Source: the human T2T-CHM13v2.0 reference genome, Homo sapiens. From it: 64,000 nt of DNA. The notes beneath the pieces were generated by a model that saw nothing but the letters and a program-made list of their open reading frames with translations, searched no databases and had not been told where the DNA came from. Made by a program: the position numbers and the translations under genes. The stretch lies in assembly GCF_009914755.1 (NCBI RefSeq), contig NC_060925.1; one strand, 5' to 3'. Shown here piece after piece: positions 26,245-42,871 of this stretch. The first letter of the stretch is position 1. Each line of letters starts with the position of its first letter.

Positions 26245-27789
26245 TTCAGCAGGATTTTAATGATGATACCACTAGTGGTTCGTTGAAGTCGGCCTGCCTG
26301 CAGGGCTACTTCACTGCAGCTAAGTGTGAAGTTGGATATGCGGATTCTCAGCCAAGGGGCAAATATCAAAGTCTGGCCCAGATAGAAGGTCTTAGAGTTG
26401 GGAAAGGAAAATAGATTCCACTTTTTACTTCACTCTATATAGTTACCAGTTTCGAAAAGAGCTGTAAAGCAAAACACATTATATGGTGTACTTTCCAAAA
26501 AAATGTGATTCCTCGTATTGGTAAAATGTGTTGTCATTCCCTGATGAAATAGAAAGCTGTAGTTTCTAGGTAAATGTGGAAAATAATTCTTACTAAAGAA
26601 ATGAATATAAAAATATGCGGACTGTATAACAATGTTACTTTAATCTATTTAGTTATGTAGAAGAGTTCTCAAAACAAGAGCTTTGAAATGCAGATGTGCT
26701 AATAAATATTTTCTCTCCTTAAGCAGGAACTCAATTTGTAAAATAATTATTCAGAATTCATGGTAGCCAAAAATCCCAAATTTGGTAGTGCTATAATGTC
26801 TTAAATTTTTTAAGTAAAGTAGACTTTTTAGATCTTTTAAAAATCTAGAATATCATTTAATTTGTTAGTATGGCAAAATACAGGAACTAATAAAAAGTGA
26901 AGTACAGAGTTTTTCAACAGTGAACTTTTAATTAAAAGACAGTTTATTTTGTTAATTTTATAGCTACAATGATAACAGAGTGTGTAACTATTTGAAAAAT
27001 AAAAAAATTTAAGCAAATCAACTTATCAGGTATGTATTTATGAGCTTACCAAATTTGTGTAGCTACTGCCAAATTTTTAAGGTTACTGCCCAAACAAGAT
27101 TTTAAGGGAGGATTTCATGAGAATACTAGCCATACCTGCCAGTCAGCCTCAGTTGATAGGAATCCTCAGGAACCCTACACAATTTATTTCTAGATATAGT
27201 CATTCTATCTAAGAACCTAGAGTTTAAAAGCTTGGGATTTTTCTTTTAATTTCCTATCTTATATTCTAAAACATACATAACAATTAAGCATTAAAACAAA
27301 AAATGAGAAGTTTTAGAAAAATAAGCCTGAATGTCAAATCTTTTCTTTTGAATTATGTGAGTCTTAGTGTGTACAAATAATTAGGGTTCTGGATTGAAAT
27401 ATTTCAGCTACACATAAGTGATATTAGGGAATCTATATTTTATGGCTGACTTAAATATATTTATTTCTGATTTCTTTTGATGTTTTGTATTTTCTCCTTT
27501 TCTAGTAATGATCTCATCCATGTATCAATGGGCAATTACTATGTTTAGCAAGAGTCCTGGGTTGAAAAGATAGATATCTTTCCTTAGATGTCTCTTAGTT
27601 TAAATGAAACTTGGTATTGTTGGTGACAGTGAAGCAAACATTTTCTTATGTATAAGGAATTGTGACTCAAAAGGCCCGTCGTAAACTGACCTGGGCTCAT
27701 CTCTCAAGAATTATTGATCATCGGATATTCTTTTCTTCTTTCTCTAACTCTTATCAATGCAAGTTCTACTAGAAGTTCCATAAATTTTC

Positions 27790-28115
27790 ATGCTTTTATA
27801 GATGATGTTTCCTCTTTCTGAAATACCTCTTTTTCCTGTTCTTTCCAAAGAAACTCACTCTTTTCCTTTCAAACATAGCTTGGACATAAAGTTTTCCTGC
27901 ACAGTTTTCCCTGACATCCTTTCTTCTCTCCCCATAGCCTCCTCCCTTGGCAGTTACGCCATGTTGTAGTAGCTTCCTTGCATGGATGCCTCCCCCTGCA
28001 GACTGTCAAGCTCCTGCCCTTGAGGATCAGTAACTCTGCTGCTTATCTGTATATCTCTAGGGCCTGGGGCCTGACACATTTTAAAAGGCTTAGTAATTGA
28101 TTGATTGATTGATTG
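27790..28115 (+). mobile_element. L2 LINE 3' end
   Basis: cagactgtcaagctcc..gggcctgacacat..ttagtaattgattgattgattgattg tail. Confidence 0.65.
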
Positions 28116-28650
28116 AGGGAATGTGGCAGGAATCTCAGAGTTAGATTAAAGGATGAACCAATAAATGACAATTGAATGAGTGAGAGAAACTTCTCCAAAG
28201 AACTCTCTGTAGAGTAAGGCAGAAAATTACTCACAAGATAGGCCAGAGGATGTGATAGTTTTCTTTTATTGATATTACTTTCTATTTTACATAGGCATCA
28301 TTTTCTCTGTAATGCCAGGTGTCCATTTACTGGGAAATAAGATAAATAGACTGTTTTCCTTCCATTTCAGTATTTAATTTCTTTGAGAGACATTGGAGTA
28401 GTCATCAAAATTATCTATTTGTTCACAAACTTATCTCATGAAACTCTAAAATAGTAAATAGCTATATTGTTAATTATTTTGAAATTTAACTGATACTGTT
28501 AAAATGTCAGCATTAATATCAAGCAAAATATATACTTCGTTTCTTTCAATACTTTTTATTTGTTATTAAAAATTCCTAGTTTAAATAGAGAAGGCATAAG
28601 AAAGGTTGACACAGTGGTGCCTCAGTGGTTGCTTTAGCATAACATTTCTG

Positions 28651-29078
<428 letters not shown>

Positions 29079-32000
29079 TCATTGAAGAAAATTGAGTAAA
29101 GATAAATTGAGGACTAAAAACAATGCTTTGAGTGAAAAAGAAATTTAAGCATTTATCAAACATTGGAAAGACGGTTAAAATGTTTTTAATAAAGTAGACT
29201 ATTATTACAATAGTGCTTGCCGATCTGAACTAGTGGCTATGGCAGATGTTTATTTAGTAATAATTGTAAATGTATTGTAAATAAGAAAGACTATTGAAGG
29301 ATACAATATTTGTGGTTATTGTGATTATATTCTGATTATATTTTCAAAAACTTGATAGTTCAGTAAGTCTGATTAACGCTTTTTTAGGTGAAGAAACCAA
29401 CAAAATGTGATTTTGGAATCGGAATTATTAACCCAGTGATCAGTTTCCACATCACTTAATGTCTCTTTTGTTTCACCTTAAATTTCTGTTCATTTTATGA
29501 CTTTATACCTCCAGCCCACAGATAGAAAACTATTTGTTTTTTAAAAAGATCAAGTAATGAGCCCACTCAAAAAAATTAACCCATAAAATATCAACCTGAA
29601 AGGTCACATTCAATCAAATAACTAATATGAATGAATCATAAACTTTTACCTCATAAATACTAATAAATATATTTTGGTTTTATCTCCTTTCTATTATTTT
29701 TGACTTTCTTTCTTAGGTGGACACTGTCCCTCTCCTTTTTTTTTTTTTTTTAAAGTTAGAGAAATGGAAGGCAGGAGGGGAGGGTTCTTTCTGGCTTCTC
29801 CTGGAATAGTTTAGCAGTGCAGCCTGATAATATCTTTTCTGCTGCTTCACTCAAATGTTTAAGAATTTCTGGCATCATTTCCTATATTGTTGAAACAAGA
29901 AAAGTCTTGATTTTCTGGAGTATTTAAAATGAACACAGGGATTAAAAAGTACAGGTATTTTTTCCTATGGTTGATTATGTATGAATAACAAAAATAAATT
30001 TTTAATTGAACTAAACTGATTTCAGATATTTATAGGTTATTGGAGAGTATAACATATTTATGTGGCTTTGAATAAAATTACAATACTGAATTTTTTTCAA
30101 CTTTTGAAATCACATTTTCTTTAATGCGATTATCAATTTTCCTGCTAAAGAAGGGCAATGTCATCATTCCCACTTTACATATGAGTAAGTAGAGACCTAG
30201 ACAATGTTTAGAGCAAACACTGGACATCACAGTGGTACCTGTGCGGCATGGCATCCCCCTGTTTGTGTTACAAGAACACAGAGCCCAAAGTAAACTCTCA
30301 GGTGTTTTATGAATGAGCATTTCATGATTTTTACTCTTAGACTTACTAATTCTTTATTTTTCTCCTCTCTGTTCTTAACCCTTTCACTCACCATCTTTAT
30401 CTGGAATCTCCTTCCCTAGAAGCATAGCAGGTTAGAGGGCAGAGGCACAATGAGGTGTTTGCTTAGAATACTCTTCTGGCTCATGGTAACTCAGGGGCAA
30501 TGTAACATTGAAAGGAAAGAATGAGGAAACGGCAGAAGGGTAGGAATTATTTCCATACATTTGAGTATGAAAAACCAAGCATATATCTCAAGATAGCAAA
30601 TATGTTGATCCATAATATATTGAACAAAAAAAGTTACAGTTTGTCATAATTTTACTAATACTTTGTTTTCAAATGGCTACTGTTAAGGAAAGGAAATCAC
30701 TAAATGAAAGCTTTAAAAATATAACTGGGTTTCAAACCGAATATTTATAAATAATTTTTGTTTATTTTAAATTTAGAATAAATTTAAAGAAGATTTTTAA
30801 GGGAGTTAAGTCAGTAACAAAAACCATGACCTTTGTTTTGGTTCATGAAAAGAACTGCTTTATGTAAATATGAAAAAAAAACAAGATGAAAGTGTCAGGT
30901 AGAGATTATTTTTGCATCTTTGAAGTTAAATTAAGTTTATAAAACTTTTTTATTCATTTGAGCAGTCCAAATATTTTTAGTTTGTAATTGCTAGATTTAC
31001 AAATTTTAATAGATCTATATAAGTTTTCTGGAGTTGTTGCTGGAAATTAACCACAGTTGTTTAAGTTGGCGTTAGAGGATTTTTTTCTAATACATTTTCC
31101 CAAGATTATTTAAAAGAAGGACATTATTTTATATGGCACAAATAATGTCTGAAGGTAATTCTGTACAAATATTTCTGCAGTCTCTGCAACCATGTAATCA
31201 AATGCTGAAGTAAGAGTATTTTACTTTAAAATGTAGAGAGAGATATATAATAAAATCAATAATATATAATTGTGCCATTATTTATTAAAATTAACAGTAT
31301 TATCTCAAACGCTATTAATAACATTTGATTTTCTTTCCTATAAATTGTTTCGGTAAATTTAACATTCTCATCACAGTATCAGTTGGCCACCTTGCTGAAA
31401 GTTGCCATGTAAGATTAGATCTTTAAGCTTTGAATGTTCTATTTTTGTTTAAAAAATATAGTTAAGCAGTCCCTTTGTTCACCTATGCTTCTGAAGCAAC
31501 ACTGGGGACTTGCTCCTTGATGACATGAATCCAAAACGGTGTCCTATATTTCACATGTCCTGTGGGATCCTACAAAATCATGTAACTTTCTGTAAGACTT
31601 TCACAGTTTTCAAAAGACACTGAATGATCTTCAGCTGTGAAATATAGACATTACATTACCTTATATCTGTGTAAGATTACTTTCTTTTCCCTTTCCCTTT
31701 ACCCCCAATTCAATCACTAGTGACACTTTGGTGTACAAGTTGGATACGCCTAATCATTTTGTATGAATATCTAAAGCTCCAAAATATAATGTACTTTAAT
31801 GTATTAGACCCACTTTGGGGTGCTAAAATGTGTCCTTGGGTAGATGGAAATTGGGTATATCCTGGAGGCTGACATAACATAATTGGTCTCAGAGGGATTA
31901 AGATGGGGGTGAAAAAGAAACAGTACCAATAGCACTAGTCTTTATTATTCTGTTGAGAATTGTGTTAGTGACCTAAAGCTGTAATGCACAAAGAGCCCTA

Positions 32001-33352
32001 TTGTTATTACCTGTACGTGACTGAACTTGATCTGTAATTGGGTTATCACCCTGACAACAATGACTGTTAACATTGTCTTCTTTTTAATATTTCTGGTATC
32101 AACCTATTTGCTTTGATATCTCTTTAGAAATATACAGATCGAAATGTATTAGTATTTTCTCTACTTTATTGAGAACATTCATTAATTTCCTTATGGTTAA
32201 TGACCTCGTAATCCCTTAGGAATGTTGTAGAGAATCCATTTTATTTTTACTTTATATACTTTGTTTCATTTAAGTGTTTCTGTGTTGCTTTTTAAATTTT
32301 TGTGAAGCATCTGAATTAAACAGTTTTCTCTGATTTTGCAAAGGCTTTTGTATATTCAGACCTTTACTTTTGCCTTATTTTTAACATATAAAACAATTTT
32401 TATAAAAGCAACAAAGTAGACATTTTTTACAAACAAGTAGAAAGTGATGCAAACTAAATTTTCTGAGATAACATAAACCATGAAATGCTTACTTAGTTGT
32501 ATTTATTCTTATTAATGTTGTAATATCTACGGATATTGGAATTATTTCTAAAATTTAAAGCAATAAATACAAAGCTAACTCCCTCAATTCCAGGACAGGA
32601 AAGGTTTTGAACAAGTGATTGATTAATACTATTAGAAATTGAAACCTGACATGAAGGAATAGATATGAAGTTCTTAATGTTATTGTCTGATCACATTTTC
32701 CTTGAACATGGTTAATAATGTAGTACTTAGAATCATTGCACAGTATTGGATAAATGTTAAAAGTTTTTAAAATAACTTTATTCCTTCCGGAGGTTAACAG
32801 AAACTTTTAAAAAATGTGAAATAAACAGGGAGATGTCTAAGATCTTTATCTCATTTTGATTATTTGATATCTGGAAAAAAAAAACTTAGAGGTATTTCTT
32901 ATGTTCATCAGGTCACTATGTAAGTTTGTAATCCGGAGTAAAGAAATTGTTCTGTGACAAAAATTAACTATATTTCATTTGGAGGGAGTTTACTGCCATT
33001 TCATGAGTCAGATTAGAAATAACATTAAAATTATCCCTCTAGTCATAATAATCTGAATATTTTGGTGTCATCATTTAAATATATCCCTCACAGATAAAGT
33101 AGGCCTGTGTCTTATTGGGAATTTTGCAGAACTCGAGAGAAAATTTTTTGGTTTGTTTTATGATCAGAATTGGCCTATGAAATGTGAAGGCAGATCCATT
33201 AATTTTAGAAACCCGAGGAATTGGTGTTAGAGCTAACATTCTTTTGAAAGTCTAATAACCTAACAATCTATCTTTGACTGTGTGGAAGGTCACCCCACCT
33301 TTGTGCAGAGGTGGCCGTGAGGGACCCTGCAGATCAAGTTAGAATTTTCCCG

Positions 33353-33575
33353 GGCAGTATAATATAGTACTGTATATAAAAGCTTGGGCGCTGGAGCTAG
33401 ACTGCTTCGGTTCAAATCCAGGCTTTGCCCCTTATGCCTTTGTGGCCTTAGGAATGTTACTACTCTATAAAATTGTACATACCAGTAGTGTCCACCCCCA
33501 TAGAGTTTTTATGAAGATTGAATAAATTAAATCATGTAAAATGCATAGAGTCGTTCATAAATATTACGTATTAGC
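33353..33575 (+). mobile_element. MIR SINE
   Basis: ggcagtataatatag..gcgctggagctagactgcttcggttcaaatccaggctttgcc..catagagtttttatgaagattgaat. Confidence 0.75.
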
Positions 33576-35324
33576 TTTTAGGAAATAGTTTTTCTTTACT
33601 CAAGCATTGGAACTAGCATTTAGTTGAAACCCTAGAGTTATCTCAGAGACCATAAGGAGATATATTTTGATCTGAAAATGTTCAGGGGACTATATTTTCA
33701 GTTCTCCATTGGAGTCTTAGAAAAACTAATAATTCCGTGGAATATCTAAGTACTATAACCCCAGGTATGTTCACTAGCTTCAAAAAGTGACCCCTTAGTA
33801 ACCACGAGTCAACCTATTATGTGTATTTAACATTGTAAAAATGGGTTTTTCTCTTCTTCTAATTAATAAATTTTAAACCCTAGCTCTTCATACAATTCCT
33901 GGTTTATAATACACAGGTGACTATTTTATCCTCCTATTCATGATGGCAGGAGCACAAATAACTCTACGATCTTAAAGTGGTATTATAATTTTGTATTCAT
34001 TAAAAGAAGAAGGTGTGAGATGTGACCTTGTTTATGATTGTTATTTAGTCTTACAAGAGACTATTCATGGATCCATATGAATTCACATTTTTAAACCAAA
34101 TTATTAACATTAAAGGCATAAAACTTAGTCTGTGGTTGTTTATAACACAAAAGTAGGTTACTTGTGATTTTTCCCCTTATTATAACAAAAGACTTTTGCA
34201 ACTTATTTTACCCCCACTAGAGTAACAGGTCTATTTAAGTATATCTTTAGAACAACAAATAGTTATTTCATAAATACCAAGGAAGATTACATCAAATTCA
34301 GAATTCAGCCTATATAAATCTATTCTGTAATTTACAACCCACTTTTCTTTAAAAATATTTGAGATAATTTATTGCAATGGACATGACTTACCTGTTGTTA
34401 AAAGGAACATTTAAGTAAAATTCAGAGCCAGGGATAGAAGGGAATGTAAATGTATACCTGTTATGACCAACAGACTTGCTGTGATTGAGATTCTCATTTA
34501 GTTATTGCTTCCTTTATCTCATGGCACAAAGGGAAACATAGTAAGCAAATTAGTTTCTGCTTATAAGGGGGAAATATACTATTAATAGTTCCTCACAGAA
34601 GACAAAGTTTTCTCCTACTAAATTATGGTATAAATATCTCATATGAAGATCTTTGAGTAATGTACTAAGCAGTGTCTTCAACATCAATTTTACAGCAAAT
34701 ACCTAAGTGATGTTTGATAAAATCCAAAAGCAAGTATCAAAGCACAGTTTTGGAAAGGCACTTTGTCAGCAGGATAAACAAATGTGCTCCCAGGATGCAG
34801 CCTTCTGGTGGTCTAATTTAATTAAAGGATAGAACTTAGATTATCCAAAGTTGTAAAGATAAATTTTATTCATTACAGAGTCTTCCCTAAATTTTAATTC
34901 TCAACAAGAATTTCATAGGACCCACTACACGGCACACTATTTAAGGTTATATGCTCTTTGATAAGAATCTATTCTGCCGATTTGCTTAAGGGAAAACAAA
35001 CAACATGTCAGGTGGACACCCTTAGTGAAATTTGAGCCATCTTACCACTGCGTTCACTGAATAAAACTCAGACCAATCTCTGAGTGGAATAAACTATGTT
35101 ACTTTCTCCATTCTATGATGACCTGTTAATATCTAGTCACTCATGTCTCCTGACTGGAACTCAGATGATACCTTAAATCAAGTGGCATCCCTTTATAATG
35201 GAAATGATTTGAAATTAGTGTTACTAATAATCATCATGTATATATAGCTGTATTAAGCATCATGAGAAATTCAAACCAAAAGACCAAGTAGGTAAAAGTA
35301 AAAGTAAACAAGCTGTCAACAATG

Positions 35325-35520
35325 GCAAGTGGTAAAAGACCTGCCTGGAAAAAATCAAATGCCTTGGGTTCCAACTCAAGTTCCACCTTTAATTTTTTAA
35401 TTCATTCTTGGATTTTTCATCTATAAAATGAGACTGTTGTGGGAGATTACAGTGCTTTAAAAATAATTGTTAAAATTATATGGAAGGTTTTGTAAAATGA
35501 TAAGTTCTATATAAATATGA
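35325..35520 (+). mobile_element. MIR fragment
   Basis: ccttgggttcca..tttcatctataaaatgag..tttgtaaaatgataagttctatataaat. Confidence 0.55.
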
Positions 35521-36319
35521 AATATTTTTATCCAGAATGGTACCTGCCATTAAGCAAGACTAAATCAACACATGAGTATTGAAGAGAAGCATACAATTAA
35601 AAATAATTGTTTAATATAGGTTACAACTTTTTACTTGAGCTGTCTCCTTTATCTTCATAATCTGGATCTGGTAGAGTCACAAAAGTTATTTAATGTATAC
35701 AATTCAGTTATCTCGATATGAATGCAGAATTAAACCCAAAATTCAGGCGTTCATATTTCTACTCAAATCTCAATGTGTCAGTATCTCAAATGTGATGACT
35801 TCAAAAACTCAAAGTATCCTTCTTGCCCTCTCCAGGCCACACCTCCTTTAGTGTTACCACTTCTGTTATCCCATTTCAGATACCCTGGTGAATATTTCTG
35901 ATGAATGCTATTTCTTGCCTGAAATCTTAAAGGAACTTAATTGAGCATTCTGCTGGCATTGTTCTCTTTTTGTCTGTCTTTGTACCAAGAAAATATGTGC
36001 TGAAGCACGACTCATGATTTCTCCCTCTTGCCTTAAATACTGATTTCCCATTGTCTGTGTGAATAGATTTCAAACCCTTAAATCTTTCTTTTCTTTGACC
36101 TCAGCTTATCATTTCATCCCTGTTGCTCCTCAGTCATGCATAAGTACTTGCCATTGCTTTCACACACATCATACTTTCTTTGGCCAAGAATCGAATTCTG
36201 TTACCTCTGCTTAGAATTCTCTCCCCCCCTTTTATATATTAAGATTAAGTTCTTGCTTCAAACCTCAGCTCAGATGCCACCTCCACAAAACCTTTTCTTT
36301 TTTCCTCAGCCAGAAGTTA

Positions 36320-36807
36320 CCCATTCATTCTTTCATTCATTCAGCAAGCCAGTGAGCACTTACTGTTCATCCGGTATCCATCCTCTAGATCTTGCAGTTT
36401 AATAGAAGAAAACAGACATTTAATGAAGTACAATAAAGTGTTATAAGGACTTTAATACAAGTATGTGAAGGGTACACTGGGGGCCAAGTAGAACAGAGTT
36501 AAGTTCCACGTAGCAAACACAGTAATGAGGAAGGACTTTAGAGAAGAGATATACAGTGAGCAGATGCATGGGTAAGGCAGACAGGTGAGAGAGCTAGGGG
36601 TTTTGAGGGAGGTGTTATAAACAGAGGAGCAGCATAAACAAAGATATAGGGGCATGAAGCAGTTTGGCAAGCACAGAACTACAAGTGCTTTATTATGGTT
36701 AGAAAATAGGGTGGGGTGGGGGAAGGGAGAAGGAGTTTGGGGCTAAATAGGAGCCTGGAAAGGGAAGCAGGAGACTGATGTCAGTGGCTCATATTATGCC
36801 AGGCCAA
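36320..36807 (-). mobile_element. L2 LINE (left part, interrupted by the young L1; resumes at ~42872)
   Basis: cattcattctttcattcattcagcaagccagtgagcacttactg reverse L2 tail; L2-like sequence continues on the far side of the L1 TSD. Confidence 0.7.
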
Positions 36808-37042
36808 GGGCCTTAGCTTTTCTTTTCTTTTTTTTATTATTATTATACTTTAAGTTTTAGGGTACATGTGCACAATGTGCAGGTTAGTTACATATGTATA
36901 CATGTGCCATGCTGCTGCGCTGCACCAGCTCGTCTTCTAGCATTAGGTATATCTCCCAATGCTATCCCTCCCTCCTCCCCCCACCCCACAACAGTCCCCA
37001 GAGTGTGATGTTCCCCTTCCTGTGTCCATGTGTTCTCATTGT

Positions 37043-40877
<3,835 letters not shown>

Positions 40878-40925
40878 TTATTTTGCTCGTTAGTTGATGC
40901 AGTTTCTTCCTAGTCTCGATGGTCT

Positions 40926-41935
40926 TTACATTTTGGGATGATTTTGCAGTGGCTGGTACCGGTTGTTCCTTTCCATGTTTAGTGCTTCCTTCAGGAGCTC
41001 TTTTAGGGCAGGCCTGGTGGTGACAAAATCTCTCAGCATTTGCTTGTCTGTAAAGTATTTTATTTCTCCTTCACTTATGAAGCTTAGTTTGGCTGGATAT
41101 GAAATTCTGGGTTGAAAATTCTTTTCTTTAAGAATGTTGAATATTGGCCCCACTCTCTTCTGGCTTGTAGAGTTTCTGCCTAGAGATCCGCTGTTAGTCT
41201 GATGGGCTTCCCTTTGAGGGTAACTCGACCTTTCTCTCTGGCTGCCCCTAACATTTTTTCCTTCATTTCAACTTTGGTGACAATTATGTGTCTTGGAGTT
41301 GCTCTTCTCGAGGAGTATCTTTGTGGCATTCTTTGTATTTCCTGAATCTGAATGTTGACCTGCCTTGCTAGATTGGGGAAGTTCTCCCGGATAATATCCT
41401 GCAGAGTGTTTTCCAACTTGGTTCCATTCTCCCCGTCACTTTCAGGTACACCAATCAGACGTAGATTTGGTCCTTTCACATAGTCCCATATTTCTTGGAG
41501 GCTTTGCTCGTTTCTTTTTATTCTTTTTTCTCTAAACTTCCCTTCTCGCTTCATTTCATTCATTTCATCTTCCATCGCTGATACCCTTTCTTCCAGTTGA
41601 TTGCATTGGCTCCTGAGGCTTCTGCATTCTTCACGTAGTTCTCGAGCCTTGGTTTTCAGCTCCATCAGCTCCTTTAAGCACTTCTCTGTAATGGTTATTC
41701 TAGTTATACATTCTTCTAAATTTTTTTCAAAGTTTTCAACTTCTTTGCCTTTGGTTTGAATGTCCTCCCGTAGCTCGGAGTAATTTGATCGTCTGAAGTC
41801 TTCTTCTCTCAGCTTGTCAAAGTCATTGTCAGTCCAGCTTTGTTCCGTTGCTGGTGAGGAACTGCATTCCTTTGGAGGAGGAGAGGCGCTCTGCTTTTTA
41901 GAGTTTCCAGTTTTTCTGCTCTGTTTTTTCCCCAT
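40926..41935 (-). pseudogene. L1 ORF1 (RNA-binding protein), disrupted
   Basis: MGKKQSRKTGNSK... open 251 aa to premature TAG at 41180-41182; 2-codon deletion (HIIV--TKVEM); C-terminal part 41153-40926. Confidence 0.97.
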
Positions 41936-42846
41936 CTTTGTGGTTTTATCTACTTTTGGTCTTTGATGATGGTGATGTACAGGTGGGTTTTTGGTGTGGA
42001 TGTCGTTTCTGTTTGTTAGTTTTCCTTCTAACAGACAGGACCCTCAGCTGCAAGTCTGTTTGAGTACCCGGCCGTGTGAGGTGTCAGTATGCCCCTGCAG
42101 GGGGGTGCCTCCCAGTTAGGCTGCTCAGGGGTCAGGGGTCAGAGACCCACTTGAGGAGGCAGTCTGCCCGTTCTCAGATCTCCAGCTGCCTGCTGGGAGA
42201 ACCACTGCTCTCTTCAAAGCTGTCAGACAGGGACATTTAAGTCTTCAGAGGTTACTGCTGTCCTTTTGTTTGTCTGTGCCCTGCCCCCAGAGGTGGAGCC
42301 TACAGAGGCAGGCAGGTCTCCTTGAGCTGTGGTGAGCTCCACCCAGTTGGTGCTTCCCGGCTGCTTTGTTTACCTAAGCACGCCTGGGCAATGGCGGGCG
42401 CCCCTCCCCCAGCCTCGCCGCCACCTTGCAGTTTGATCTCAAGACTGCTGTGCTAGCAATCAGGGAGACTCCATGGGCGTAGGACCCTCCGAGCCAGATG
42501 CGGGATATAGTCTCCTGGTGCGCCGTTTTTTTAAGCCCGTCGGAAAAGCGCAGTATTCAGGTGGGAGTGACCTGATTTTCCAGGTGCCGTCTGTCACCCC
42601 TTTCTTTGACTAGGTAAGGGAACTCTCTGACCCCTTGCGCTTCCCGAGTGAGGCAATGCCTCGCCCTGCTTCGGCTCGCGCATGGTGCGCGCACCCACTG
42701 ACCTGCGCCCACTGTCTGGCACTCCCTAGTGAGATGAACCCGGTACCTCAGATGGAAATGCAGAAATCACCCGTCTTCTGCGTCGCTTACGCTGGGAGCT
42801 GTAGACTGGAGCTGTTCCTATTCGGCCATCTTGGCTCCTCCTCCCC
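41936..42846 (-). promoter_or_regulatory. L1 5'UTR: CpG-rich internal sense promoter and antisense promoter (ASP fires on the + strand)
   Basis: ~910-bp CpG-rich UTR; YY1 site CAAGATGGCC intact (42824-42833, minus strand); ASP is an established property of L1PA 5'UTRs. Confidence 0.85.
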
Positions 42847-42871
42847 ATCTATGGTGGGCCTTAGCTTTTCT

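Noticed and set aside
26259-26350. Possible C/D snoRNA (ATGATGA box C)
   Set aside because: No terminal CTGA box D (CTCA instead) and no terminal stem
26190-26414. 74-codon stop-free frame (LGDAECSSEASAGGYHGDL...) as a hidden exon
   Set aside because: No ATG in frame, nearby AGs do not join it in phase 0, no recognisable homology, and this length is expected by chance in GC-balanced DNA
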